From: Desulfobacterales bacterium | GTDB taxonomy: Bacteria; Desulfobacterota; Desulfobacteria; Desulfobacterales; UBA11574 | Length of the DNA: 41,577 nt | Assembly (NCBI GenBank): GCA_024641825.1 | Contig: JAHECI010000003.1 | Location: 1-41,577 of the forward strand | Direction of reading: 5' to 3' | Part shown: positions 25,489-34,534 of the stretch, in pieces | Numbering within the stretch: the first letter of the stretch is position 1 | How the letters are laid out: the number at the start of each line of letters is the position of its first letter | Made by a program: the position numbers and the translations under genes | The notes under the pieces: generated by a model | Databases searched by the model: none | Told to the model about the DNA's origin: nothing | What the model saw: only the letters and a program-made list of their open reading frames with translations

Positions 25489-26913
25489 TCAGGCGGCCTT
25501 TGAAAGTACTCCGGACGTGGCGGCCGTTGGAAGCGCCGTTGGCAGAATAGACGGCTGGGCACTTTTGAGCAGTTCGCGGGTCAACCAGCCGGATTGGGAA
25601 GCCGTTATCAGTCCCCAGAGGGAAATCCAATACAAGCAGAACAACCAATAAAAGGAATAGGGGATCGCCCAGCGCCAGCCGAACCAACCGCCGTGGCGTT
25701 TCTGATACACCAATGCGGGTAACGCGGCGCTGATAATACATCCCACTGCCAAAATTGCCAGGGTATACATGGGGACCATCAAGAGTTGGGCCACCACAGC
25801 AAACTTGACGGCTTCGCCCAAGGTCATGCGAAATAATTGGGTTGCACTGAACAGGCGGACCCAGGAACCACCGCTATCTGCGGGGCGGAAGCGACGCGTT
25901 ATAAAAGAGAGCATTACCAGGTTTTCACGGACGTTACTGCGCGCCCATCTTAACAGCATCCTGCGCAGACCTGTGAATGTGTTAGGCATCTTAGTCAGGA
26001 CAACGGCTTCCCGCTGATAGACCACGCGATATCCGCAGCCCAGGATCAGGTTGGTCAGCGCACGGTCTTCGCCGATAGCAGCAGGACGGCCCATAAAGGT
26101 TTGATTGCTCCAGTTTGACAGATGGGGGGTAATAACATCCGCCTGATAGGCTGAAAGTGCGCCGGGGGTGCAAAACACACCTCCGTAGACGCTCTGGCCG
26201 GATCGAATGAAATCAAAGGCGCTGGTAAACGAGACTTCCATCATTTTAGGGATGGCACCTTCGGCAAGATTCAGCACGCGAACATTTCCCGCCACTGCGC
26301 CGACACGGGGGTCGCCGGCCAGGGGACTGACCAAATGCCGGAGGGTGTCGGGGAGCACTTCGGAATCCGAATCGATGGTCACATAGACGCGTCCCTTTGC
26401 TTGAGCGAAACCGGCCATCAATGCATGCCTTTTGCCGCGGTTGAATGGCTGACGAATCAACCGCACCCTCCAGGGAAATTCTTTTTTCGCAGTCTCCATC
26501 CACTGCCACGTGTCGTCCTGGGAGCCGTCATCAACACAAATCACCTGCATTTTTTCCATCGGATACTGACTGTTCATAACCGATCGAACGGTGTCCAGAA
26601 CTTGTCGGCCTTCGTTGTAGGCTGGTATAACGACAGTGATGGTCGGCAAGGCACTGTCTGATAGCGGGGCATAGGACCGGTAACGACAGGCAAACCAAAT
26701 ACGCCATGCCAATGTCAATAGGGTCCAGAAGGTTAACCCGGTGGCTAAATAGTTTATCGTCGACCAGGACTGCACAAGCTTCCACGCTTGTGCAGATTTT
26801 AGGGCCTCCATCTGCCACCAGATCACCGCCAGTGATGATATTAGGGTGCAAAGCAGCAGCCAGGGGAAAAAAATATCCGCCTTAAAGCGGTACGAACCTT
26901 TTGGGTTTAACAT
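25489..26913 (-). CDS. Membrane-integrated family-2 glycosyltransferase (processive, NodC/hyaluronan-/PNAG-synthase-like)
   Basis: 474-aa ORF with VVIPAYNEG, VICVDDGSQDDT, DSDS, GEDRALT and the QxxRW-like LLRWARS. Hydrophobic segments flank the catalytic domain at both ends. Confidence 0.8.
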   Translation of the reverse strand: MLNPKGSYRFKADIFFPWLLLCTLISSLAVIWWQMEALKSAQAWKLVQSWSTINYLATGLTFWTLLTLAWRIWFACRYRSYAPLSDSALPTITVVIPAYNEGRQVLDTVRSVMNSQYPMEKMQVICVDDGSQDDTWQWMETAKKEFPWRVRLIRQPFNRGKRHALMAGFAQAKGRVYVTIDSDSEVLPDTLRHLVSPLAGDPRVGAVAGNVRVLNLAEGAIPKMMEVSFTSAFDFIRSGQSVYGGVFCTPGALSAYQADVITPHLSNWSNQTFMGRPAAIGEDRALTNLILGCGYRVVYQREAVVLTKMPNTFTGLRRMLLRWARSNVRENLVMLSFITRRFRPADSGGSWVRLFSATQLFRMTLGEAVKFAVVAQLLMVPMYTLAILAVGCIISAALPALVYQKRHGGWFGWRWAIPYSFYWLFCLYWISLWGLITASQSGWLTRELLKSAQPSILPTALPTAATSGVLSKAA

Positions 26914-27642
26914 ATGTTACCTCTGTTATATTTTTGGGAAAGTGATGATTCTTTCAGTGTCCATTTATAGAGTCCATGGACGACACACAGTAAGATGCCC
27001 CAAAAAACAGCCAATAGTAAGCTTATTTGGACCATTGTCAAGTGCGAAATAGATGGGTTTCGCTGTTTTTTTTGTGGGCATCTCCGATGGTTGTGATGCA
27101 GCTAAATTAATCAATAAATCAAATAGATACACCCTAAGAAGGAACAATTTTGGGATCATAATATAACCGGTGACTCGCCGCTTCTGATAAATCCGGCCTC
27201 TGGGAAGAAATAATATTATACAATTTTTCATTGGATTTCCAAATTTGAACCAAAATTTACGTCCATAAATAACCCAAACAAAGTAATTTTTTTAAGCCAG
27301 GCAAAGTTCTTTTTTAAGCTCCCAGCAGATCTATATTTTACTCTCCGGCTTTTATTCAGGATTTCTATTATTTATGTAAATAAAGTCACAAATTTTATGT
27401 AATTTGCCCCACATTTACATAATTTCCGTCTAAATCAATTAAGCGATTAATATACCTATTTTATACTTTAAAAATACGCATGGTAAATTTAACTATCTGA
27501 TATGCGTATGGAAAATTTTTAACCAACTGAATTTGCATGAATTTTGCATAATAAAAATGATTTGATACGTATATTTAATTTTCCAAAAACCAAAAAACAA
27601 GGTGTCGAGAAACAGGTTCCTAAAGGTTGAAAGGATAATTTT

Positions 27643-28056
27643 ATGATTAAATTGGGGCCGACTTCTGATGAAATGAGAGCCATGTCGGGCGACGACATTT
27701 TTTTATCACGGTTGAAGCTTCTCATTATCATGGGCAAGGCTTATTTAAAAAATTGTCCCATTGGAAACTATCGCAAATCTGCCATCATCGAAAACGCTCA
27801 TCACGTGTTTTATCATTCCCTGCATTTGGCCTGTTTTGAACCTCAGTCGGGGATTACTTCCGATGTTGAGGCAGGAGAGGAACAAGAATTTCATAAAAGA
27901 GTTCAGCTTCTTGCAGTAATGGCTAAAGCAATGGCTGAAAACCGTCTGACAGAGAATCACAGAAAAAAGGCCCTTCAAGACAATTTAGAGAGAATCTGCG
28001 AAATATTGATATTCAGCTTCCACCTAAAAGGTTTTAATTTTCTTAAAGTTGCTTAG
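27643..28056 (+). CDS. Hypothetical protein (137 aa), helical, with no recognisable motif
   Basis: The ORF has a plausible RBS (gaaaggataattttATG) in an AT-rich region. I recognise no family. Confidence 0.4.
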   Translation: MIKLGPTSDEMRAMSGDDIFLSRLKLLIIMGKAYLKNCPIGNYRKSAIIENAHHVFYHSLHLACFEPQSGITSDVEAGEEQEFHKRVQLLAVMAKAMAENRLTENHRKKALQDNLERICEILIFSFHLKGFNFLKVA

Positions 28057-28356
28057 ACAATATGCTGTAAAAATTTTTCAAGAAAGCACCGTACTCCCCC
28101 TAGACTCGATTTCCATTCTGTAACACTTCTTCTGGCGTTGATCTCATTCTCAATTCGTTTCTCCCTGTGTGATAGTTTGTCACTTTGATCATTCTACCGC
28201 TATACGGGAGGTTTTTCCATGGAGAACCCCCTCAAACTCTGCATATTAAGCTCCTGACAGAACGTTGTTTTCTCTGCTGGGAGACTAAAATGCCTATTAA
28301 TAAGGTTATGCTCGGTGAAACTAAAAACAGCAGGTTAGACGGAAAGGAGGATTATT

Positions 28357-28965
28357 ATGTGGAAGAGATTATTCATTCTATCATTATCCATTGGGATGCT
28401 TTTTGCCATTACAGGTTGCAGTTCAGATTCAGATGCGGTTGCCCAGGCCAACGACAAAGAAGTTGATTGGCAAATCGCAGGAACGATCGTCCAGCTCCTG
28501 GATGTAGAATCCCTATTTTTCGGACCTCTTGAGGGAGGCCATTCTTTGATCAACATCTCCGCCAAAGGGTTACCTGATGATGCTGCAATCACTCTCCTGA
28601 GTGTATCAGGACCCTGTGCGGCGGATCCCCCCTTCCCCTGTGAGGAGGGTTATATTCCCGGTGCATGTTTTACCAAGAACGATATGGTCGCAATATTTCC
28701 TGACCAGTCCCTCTTATTCGCATCTATTCATGAGGATGGCGGCGTTTTGTGTTTGAAATTTAATCCAGATACTGGGCTGCCGGAGGATGGGACCTACTTC
28801 AAGATCAGAATGAATATAACTAAAGGCACAGGCAGTTTCGTTGGAGCTTCAGGAGTTCTAACCGGCGAAGGTCACGGTTATTTTATTAACAATCCTCCTG
28901 CCAACGATTTAACTTTAGTCGGCGAGGATGGGAATATGACAGGAACGATTATATTACCCGATTAA
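28357..28965 (+). CDS. Hypothetical lipoprotein (202 aa)
   Basis: RBS ggaaaggagg. The signal peptide carries a lipobox: MWKRLFILSLSIGMLFAITGC. Confidence 0.6.
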   Translation: MWKRLFILSLSIGMLFAITGCSSDSDAVAQANDKEVDWQIAGTIVQLLDVESLFFGPLEGGHSLINISAKGLPDDAAITLLSVSGPCAADPPFPCEEGYIPGACFTKNDMVAIFPDQSLLFASIHEDGGVLCLKFNPDTGLPEDGTYFKIRMNITKGTGSFVGASGVLTGEGHGYFINNPPANDLTLVGEDGNMTGTIILPD

Positions 28966-29123
28966 TGATAGAAATTCCTCGGGGAATATAATGTCCTTTT
29001 CTAAACCTTTTAAATCAGCAATACAAGAAAACCATCGAGGATTACGAAAAAATTTTTAATTTTTAGAACGAGGGTGATCCTGGCATCCTTGAGGTACCCT
29101 TACCCCATCAGATTTTACCTAAA

Positions 29124-29162
29124 AGAAGGCAGAGACTATTCGTCCTGCCTTCTCATTTTTTT
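29124..29162. terminator. Bidirectional intrinsic terminator between the convergent lipoprotein and yciH-like genes
   Basis: agaaggcag-N12-ctgccttct, followed by cattttttt on the + strand and by ctttt on the - strand. Confidence 0.6.
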
Positions 29163-29253
29163 CTTCCGACGCTGCATTGGGACAAACCGAAATATCCGGC
29201 GTATTTCATTTTCCCCTGAAGGGAAGGCCAGGTGCGTATTCTGGTGTTCAAGC

Positions 29254-29619
29254 TTAACCGCCGGAAAGTTTTACGGAATATCCTTGTTGTTTGATCTCTT
29301 TCAGAAGCGTGTCTCTGTGATCTCCTTGGATCATGATTACGCCGTCTTTTACGGTACCGCCGGAACCACAAAGACGTTTCAATGTTTTGGCGACGCGCTG
29401 AAGTTTATTATCGTTGAGCGGGAGACCGAAAACTGCCGTTACTGTTTTCCCCTTCCGGCCTTTGACCTCCCTTCTAATTCTTACAATTCCATCATCTGGG
29501 AATATGGATTGTTTCTCGACGGTTTTTTTCTTTTTGCAGGTGCATTTCGTAGTGGAGTGTCCGCAGGATGGGCAAATTCGACCTGATTCTGTTGAATACA
29601 CTAAACGGTTATTGCCCAT
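29254..29619 (-). CDS. yciH: SUI1/YciH-family translation initiation factor-like protein
   Basis: 121-aa ORF. RLVYSTESGRICP...DGIVRIRREVKGRKGKTVTAVFGL...LKRLCGSGGTVKDGVIMIQGDHRD...GYSVKLSGG aligns closely with E. coli YciH as I remember it. Confidence 0.85.
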   Translation of the reverse strand: MGNNRLVYSTESGRICPSCGHSTTKCTCKKKKTVEKQSIFPDDGIVRIRREVKGRKGKTVTAVFGLPLNDNKLQRVAKTLKRLCGSGGTVKDGVIMIQGDHRDTLLKEIKQQGYSVKLSGG

Positions 29620-29670
29620 TGGCCCGCTCTCCCAATTTACCAGAATATTTTTTTAAATCATTTCCCTGAA

Positions 29671-29709
29671 CAAAAAAAGGGCATCCCTCATATTTTGAAG
29701 AATGCCCTT
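29671..29709 (-). terminator. Intrinsic terminator downstream of the cold-shock gene
   Basis: On the minus strand: aagggcat-N17-atgccctt followed by tttttgtt. Confidence 0.6.
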
Positions 29710-29730
29710 TTGTATCCTAAAAGTGGCTGG

Positions 29731-29931
29731 TTACACCAAGGTTACATTGGTTGCAGACGGACCTTTTGGGCCCTGCTCTATCTCAAAGGTAACCCGATCA
29801 CCTTCATCAAGCGATTTGAAACCGGTTGCATTAATTCCTGAATGATGAACAAATACATCCGGACCATCTTCCTGCTCAATAAAGCCATAGCCTTTACCGC
29901 TATTAAACCATTTTACAATTCCGTTAGTCAT
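29731..29931 (-). CDS. Cold-shock protein (CspA family)
   Basis: 66 aa. [15 protein letters not shown] (RNP1) and DVFVHHS (RNP2). Confidence 0.95.
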   Translation of the reverse strand: MTNGIVKWFNSGKGYGFIEQEDGPDVFVHHSGINATGFKSLDEGDRVTFEIEQGPKGPSATNVTLV

Positions 29932-30172
29932 AGTGACACCCTCCTTTCAAAAAAATTCTCATAGTTCCAGACTGCAGGTTGCCACTCTGACAAACGAATC
30001 TTTCCTTCAGAACGAAACCGGTCCGCCAATTAAGGGCAGACCTTTTAATGATTGCTCTGAAGATAACATCTTTTTTAAAAAAATCAAGCGAATTAATAAA
30101 AAAACTAATTTTCCACCAATTAACATCTTTTCAACCCTTATTACGGGTTGTTGTTTTACCTATCTCCTTCAT

Positions 30173-30487
30173 TTATTTTGAGATGGCTTCTATTCTTGCT
30201 TCCATTCCATTTCTAATCTGGATGGCCGTTGCTTTATCTATTCCAACCATGGCTTTGGATTCGGAAGTTTTATGGACTTTGCCGCAAGCGATCTTTTTTC
30301 CTGAAAATGAGTAAATGCATACGGTAGAACCCATTATAAATCCATCTTTCGTGCCGCCATCAACATAGACGAACCGTTGATTTTTATGAATTTTTTGGAC
30401 CTGTGCCGCTTTTACAATACCTTGAAGAGATGTTAAAGTTATCAACATTATTGCAAGTACAACGAGAATTATTTTCATCCGATGCAC
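30173..30487 (-). CDS. Small secreted hypothetical protein (104 aa)
   Basis: Signal peptide MKIILVVLAIMLITLTSLQGIVKA. I recognise no family. Confidence 0.45.
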   Translation of the reverse strand: MHRMKIILVVLAIMLITLTSLQGIVKAAQVQKIHKNQRFVYVDGGTKDGFIMGSTVCIYSFSGKKIACGKVHKTSESKAMVGIDKATAIQIRNGMEARIEAISK

Positions 30488-30517
30488 AATATCTTCTCCG
30501 AATCGTTAAAAAGATCC

Positions 30518-30661
30518 TTATTCTTTGGGTTTCTTTACATTCTTATGGAGCTTTTTAAGACAAATGTTGTCTTCACGTACAATCGCACAGACTTTCCGGT
30601 TATCGATCTCCCTACAGTTCACGTGATTATACAATGGGCATTCCGGGTATTGTTTTGACAT
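30518..30661 (-). CDS. Unlisted 47-aa Cys-rich small ORF (MSKQYPECPLYNHVNCREIDNRKVCAIVREDNICLKKLHKNVKKPKE)
   Basis: ATG at 30661-30659 is preceded by aaaggaatagaga. The product has four Cys and ends at TAA 30520-30518. It is below the ORF-track length cut-off. Confidence 0.35.
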   Translation of the reverse strand: MSKQYPECPLYNHVNCREIDNRKVCAIVREDNICLKKLHKNVKKPKE

Positions 30662-30814
30662 CTCTATTCCTTTGTCGTCTTTTTGAAAAATCAGCGGATA
30701 TATTCTTAAATATAAAATATATCAAAAGCATATAGGATTTAAGGATGAATGTCAATTTGCACAAATCGCTTTTTTAAGTAAGAATTATATTGAGAAGGGT
30801 GGTGGGGGCAAGGC

Positions 30815-30857
30815 GGGCAGGATGAAACGCAACATCCCCGCCTGGGCGGGGATGTTG
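30815..30857 (+). terminator. Very strong orphan intrinsic terminator (perfect 16-17-bp stem plus U-tract)
   Basis: aacgcaacatccccgcc-tg-ggcggggatgttgcgtt followed by attttct. There is no + strand CDS upstream. Confidence 0.6.
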
Positions 30858-31082
30858 CGTTATTTTCTAAATAGTTTCCATCCATAAATGGCCCTTTTTG
30901 CCCGGATCTGCGTTCTCCGCGGATTTCCGGCTGCGGCATACAGGAGTATGCCTCGCCGAAAACCCTTGTGCGGCCTTGATCCGAACAAAAATTGCTCATT
31001 TATGAATTGGAAACGCACGGTGCCTTTTTAAAATTGTGGATGGGCACTAAATAGTTTCCATTTAACAAGTGTGGATGGACAC
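30856..31082. repeat. Short dispersed direct repeats: ctaaatagtttccat x2 (30856-30870, 31047-31061) and tgtggatgg(g/a)cac x2 (31035-31047, 31070-31082)
   Basis: Read directly: 15/15 and 12/13 identities. Confidence 0.8.
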
Positions 31083-31099
31083 AAAATAGATATTGCTTT

Positions 31100-31795
31100 T
31101 TAATTTAAGATGTAGGTCCGGTAGTCGAGAAGCCGGAAGGAAAGGGCCAAAACACCCGCAATCACGGGATCGTCGTGAATAATGACGAGTTCTTTGCTTT
31201 TGTTCAGTTTTTCAAGGTTCGCAAAGGTCCACAACTCCGCGTAGGGAAGGTTGATGGCATTTTCCACGTGCTCTTTTTCGTATTTGTCGGCCGGCCGGAA
31301 ATCAACCAGGACCGGATTTCTTAGGGCCTTGACCTGATCAAATCCGATGCTCCATTCGGCAGGGTTGTTCTGGTTGGCGAACATGATGTTTTGAAGAAGT
31401 TTGGAATCGGTATCAATGGAGAAGAAAGCGTCCATCCAGCCTTTCGTCCCCACCCGCATCCAATGGACTTTAGTGTAGCCTTGGGTTACCGCCAACCTGG
31501 CGGCGTGATAGGATTTCCATCAATTATTGTCGGCGCAATAGAAGACGATGGGGGTGTCTTTGTCCTCGGGAAGGGCTTCGACGTCGAACTCGGCCTCGGC
31601 CAGATCGAAATCGGTCCGCTTGTGATCTTTTGGGACATCCATGGTGATGTGGGCGGATCCGGCGGCGCGTCTCATGCACCAGTCGGTCATGTGAGTGAAG
31701 GCGGCGATGAGCATGCCTCCCTCGGACTGGATTTTGAGAGCCTCCTGCGGAGAAACGACCGCCACACCTTCGAGTGTTTCTGGTGTCGAACTCAT
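31100..31795 (-). CDS. Tandem rhodanese-domain protein with an in-frame UGA (candidate Sec) in the first active-site loop
   Basis: ORFs 31520..31885 and 31100..31495 are in the same frame and are separated only by TGA (31522-31520): ...PIVFYCADNN-U-WKSYHAARLAVTQGYTKVHWMRVGTKGW... The rhodanese domain is only complete when the TGA is read through. The start is ATG 31795 with RBS aaaggag. A hairpin lies 19 nt after the UGA. Confidence 0.65.
31489..31503 (-). other. SECIS-like hairpin ccgcca-GGU-uggcgg downstream of the rhodanese UGA
   Basis: 6-bp GC-rich stem. The GGU apical loop lies 25-27 nt after the U of the UGA (minus strand). Confidence 0.45.
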
Positions 31796-32062
31796 GTTAT
31801 ACTCCTTTCTATGTGGTTTTATTTTGGTTGGACTACAACCGGTCCCAGAAACAAATACAAAAATTATGCCAACTTTATTAACCAATTGAAAAATAAGGAA
31901 AAACCGAGTTTAGCAACGATTTTACGGCTACCAAAAGTCCGATTCGAGATAGATTTATGTCCAATTTGGAGAGTCGGGGTTCCAAAATGGAGCTCGGGGA
32001 AGGGGGGGCAACCCTCGACGGACAATTGACAAACGGGAACGGATAGTTCTATTCTGGCCCCC

Positions 32063-32884
32063 ATGAATCGAAACGCCACTGACATCTCCCAGAATATATT
32101 CCACGTACAAGTTGCCGGGTGCCGCCTCAGGGTCAAGCGCATTGAACCCTCGGTCCCCGGGGAATCACTTCAAAAACCGACGCTGGTATTTCTGCATGAA
32201 GGACTGGGATGTATCGAACTCTGGCGGGATTTCCCCCATGCCGTTTGTGCGGCCACCGGGTGTGCCGGGGTGGTATATGATCGCAAGGGATACGGCGGAT
32301 CGGATCCCTACGGCGGCCCCTGGCCCCTCGATTACCTTCTCAAAGAATCCAATATTTACCTGCCCGGCCTGCTGGAAAACTGCGACCTTGAGCATGCTGT
32401 TCTGATCGGGCACAGCGACGGGGGTACCATCGCTTTGCTTTCCGCGGCGGGCAACAACACCCGGGTATGCGGGGTCATCACCGAGGCGGCGCACATTTTT
32501 GTGGACACGGTTACCCTGGAAGGCATTCGCAATGCCATCGATGCCTATGAGACTGGGGACTTAAAAACCCGACTGGCACGCTACCACGGCGAAAACACGG
32601 AAAACGTTTTCCAACGCTGGGCAGACCGGTGGCTGTCACCTGATTTTTTCCATTGGAATATCGAAGCCTATCTTCCCAAAATCACCTGCTCCCTGCTGGC
32701 ACTCCAGGGGGAAAACGACGAATATGGCACGGCGGCCCAAATACAGGGAATTGCCGCAGGGGTTTCAGGTCCGGTGAAAGCAAAGCTGCTTCCCGGATGC
32801 GGTCATGTTCCCCACATCCAGGCCCGCAAGGTGGTTTTGAACGAAATGATCCGTTTCATCAATTCCCTTCTTCGCACCTTATAA
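32063..32884 (+). CDS. Alpha/beta-fold hydrolase
   Basis: 273 aa. LVFLHEGLG (oxyanion region), nucleophile elbow GHSDGG, C-terminal GCGHVPH. Confidence 0.8.
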   Translation: MNRNATDISQNIFHVQVAGCRLRVKRIEPSVPGESLQKPTLVFLHEGLGCIELWRDFPHAVCAATGCAGVVYDRKGYGGSDPYGGPWPLDYLLKESNIYLPGLLENCDLEHAVLIGHSDGGTIALLSAAGNNTRVCGVITEAAHIFVDTVTLEGIRNAIDAYETGDLKTRLARYHGENTENVFQRWADRWLSPDFFHWNIEAYLPKITCSLLALQGENDEYGTAAQIQGIAAGVSGPVKAKLLPGCGHVPHIQARKVVLNEMIRFINSLLRTL

Positions 32885-33103
32885 CTCGGGTTTCCCAAAC
32901 AAAAACCCTGCTGCATTCGGAAGGGCTAAATAATAGGATCCTTCAGGGGACCCCCCCATCTGATTATTCTTTGGCTTCGGTGTCTTCCTTTGGGGCAACC
33001 AGTTTTTCCCTGGTGTTGGCAAGAGCAGGCTCTACAAAAACCAAAGGTTTGATAAAAAGCAGAAAAGGGTTGAAGTCTTGGTCGATTAGATTTTGACGGT
33101 CAA

Positions 33104-33727
33104 TTAAGAGACGGGATAATTGCAGTCATCCTCTATGTCAAAATAATAGAGGGTGAAATTGAATTCGATGGTTTTTTCGACGCCGGATAATACTTCTTGT
33201 GCTCTGAGACTAACCTTTACGCTATATTCATATGAAACACCGCCGGCAAAGACAAAATCTAAATAATCTGAATAATTCAATGGATGATATGACGTCGAAA
33301 ATTTATCCTCTAGGTCGATGATCCTAACGGCGATGGTGGTGGTGGTATCCGGCGCGATGGTCCACCCAGAAACAATCTGCTTGGTGGGGAGCGCCGGAGA
33401 ATTTTCAAGGGGAGTAAATTCAACGATGTATTGGGATATTTTAACAGGGGAACCGATGATGGGATTGTCATTTGCAGACGGATACACCTGGGAAGTGAGG
33501 CTGATATTAACATTATCTGATTCATAAGATAGGGAATCACACAATTCATCATCGTTGGTATCTGTGGCGATGGCGGCGTCGGCTTCATAAATATCTTGAC
33601 CTGAAGCAAAAATATATACCCGGGTAAAGTCTTGGGAATCGCCGCCCAAATCATCTCCGCCCCCGCAAGAAATGATCCACCCGCATGCCATGATAATAGA
33701 AAGAACAGATAAAACGATTTTTTTCAT
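33104..33727 (-). CDS. Hypothetical lipoprotein (207 aa)
   Basis: MKKIVLSVLSIIMACGWIISCGGGDD (lipobox). I recognise no family. Confidence 0.55.
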   Translation of the reverse strand: MKKIVLSVLSIIMACGWIISCGGGDDLGGDSQDFTRVYIFASGQDIYEADAAIATDTNDDELCDSLSYESDNVNISLTSQVYPSANDNPIIGSPVKISQYIVEFTPLENSPALPTKQIVSGWTIAPDTTTTIAVRIIDLEDKFSTSYHPLNYSDYLDFVFAGGVSYEYSVKVSLRAQEVLSGVEKTIEFNFTLYYFDIEDDCNYPVS

Positions 33728-34081
33728 AATTTATTTTCCTTGTGAAGAATAATCAGTAAAATTAAATCCTTAGGAAACATTAAATTATTACTTAAAACAA
33801 TATAGAGGAATGGGTATAGTGTGTCAAGAAAATAATAATACCATATATGGTAGAAAATCGGTAATTATCAATGGGCGTATCAAAGTTAAACGATATTTTT
33901 CCGCTTTCTTTAAGAAAAAAAGGGAATGGAAGTTAAAGGGACCCACTTAACTTCGTTGACCGGAAGCAGGGTGGTCTGCAAAAAATGCAGTATGTCTTAA
34001 AAAGATTATTGGGTTCCAAATGGATGAAAAACAATAAACGTAATAGTGACCCTATACGTATTTTAAAGTTGTAGCAAAAGT

Positions 34082-34471
34082 CTATGCATTCTGGGTATCT
34101 TCAAGTTTGCTTTTGTAGGCCGCTGTTATGGTCCGCATGAGGGTTTCCAGGTCCACCGGTTTTTTTAAATATTCAAATACCCCCAAGCGTCGGGCTTCTT
34201 GTTCATCCTTTTTCGATCCATGGGCCGTCAGCATGATGATCTGAACACCGGGGTAAACCTTTTTGGTGCGCCGGAGAACCTCCAGTCCGTCGATACCGGG
34301 CATCTTAAGATCCAGAACCATGACATCGGGAAGGTTTTCGTCCATGATCTCGAGGGCGCTCTCCCCGCTCAATGCAACATCTGATTTTAGATTTCTCATC
34401 TCGATTCGCTCAGCAAGGGTTTTTACGAATTCTTCTTCATCATCGACCAGCAACACCTTCATCTCTTTCAT
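34082..34471 (-). CDS. Stand-alone response-regulator receiver (CheY-like)
   Basis: 129 aa. VLLVDDEEEF, DVMVLDLKMPGIDGLEVL, MLTAHGS, K(105)P. Confidence 0.9.
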   Translation of the reverse strand: MKEMKVLLVDDEEEFVKTLAERIEMRNLKSDVALSGESALEIMDENLPDVMVLDLKMPGIDGLEVLRRTKKVYPGVQIIMLTAHGSKKDEQEARRLGVFEYLKKPVDLETLMRTITAAYKSKLEDTQNA

Positions 34472-34534
34472 TATTTTCTCCTTTATATATTTGAGGGATC
34501 CGGGAGTTTTAATTCTTACTCCTTGAGTACCAGC

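Noticed and set aside
29074-29586. 170-aa plus-strand ORF
   Set aside because: It is antisense to the strongly recognisable YciH/SUI1 gene.
31391-32029. 212-aa plus-strand ORF
   Set aside because: It is antisense to the rhodanese gene, and its translation is Gly/His/Val-rich with no motif.
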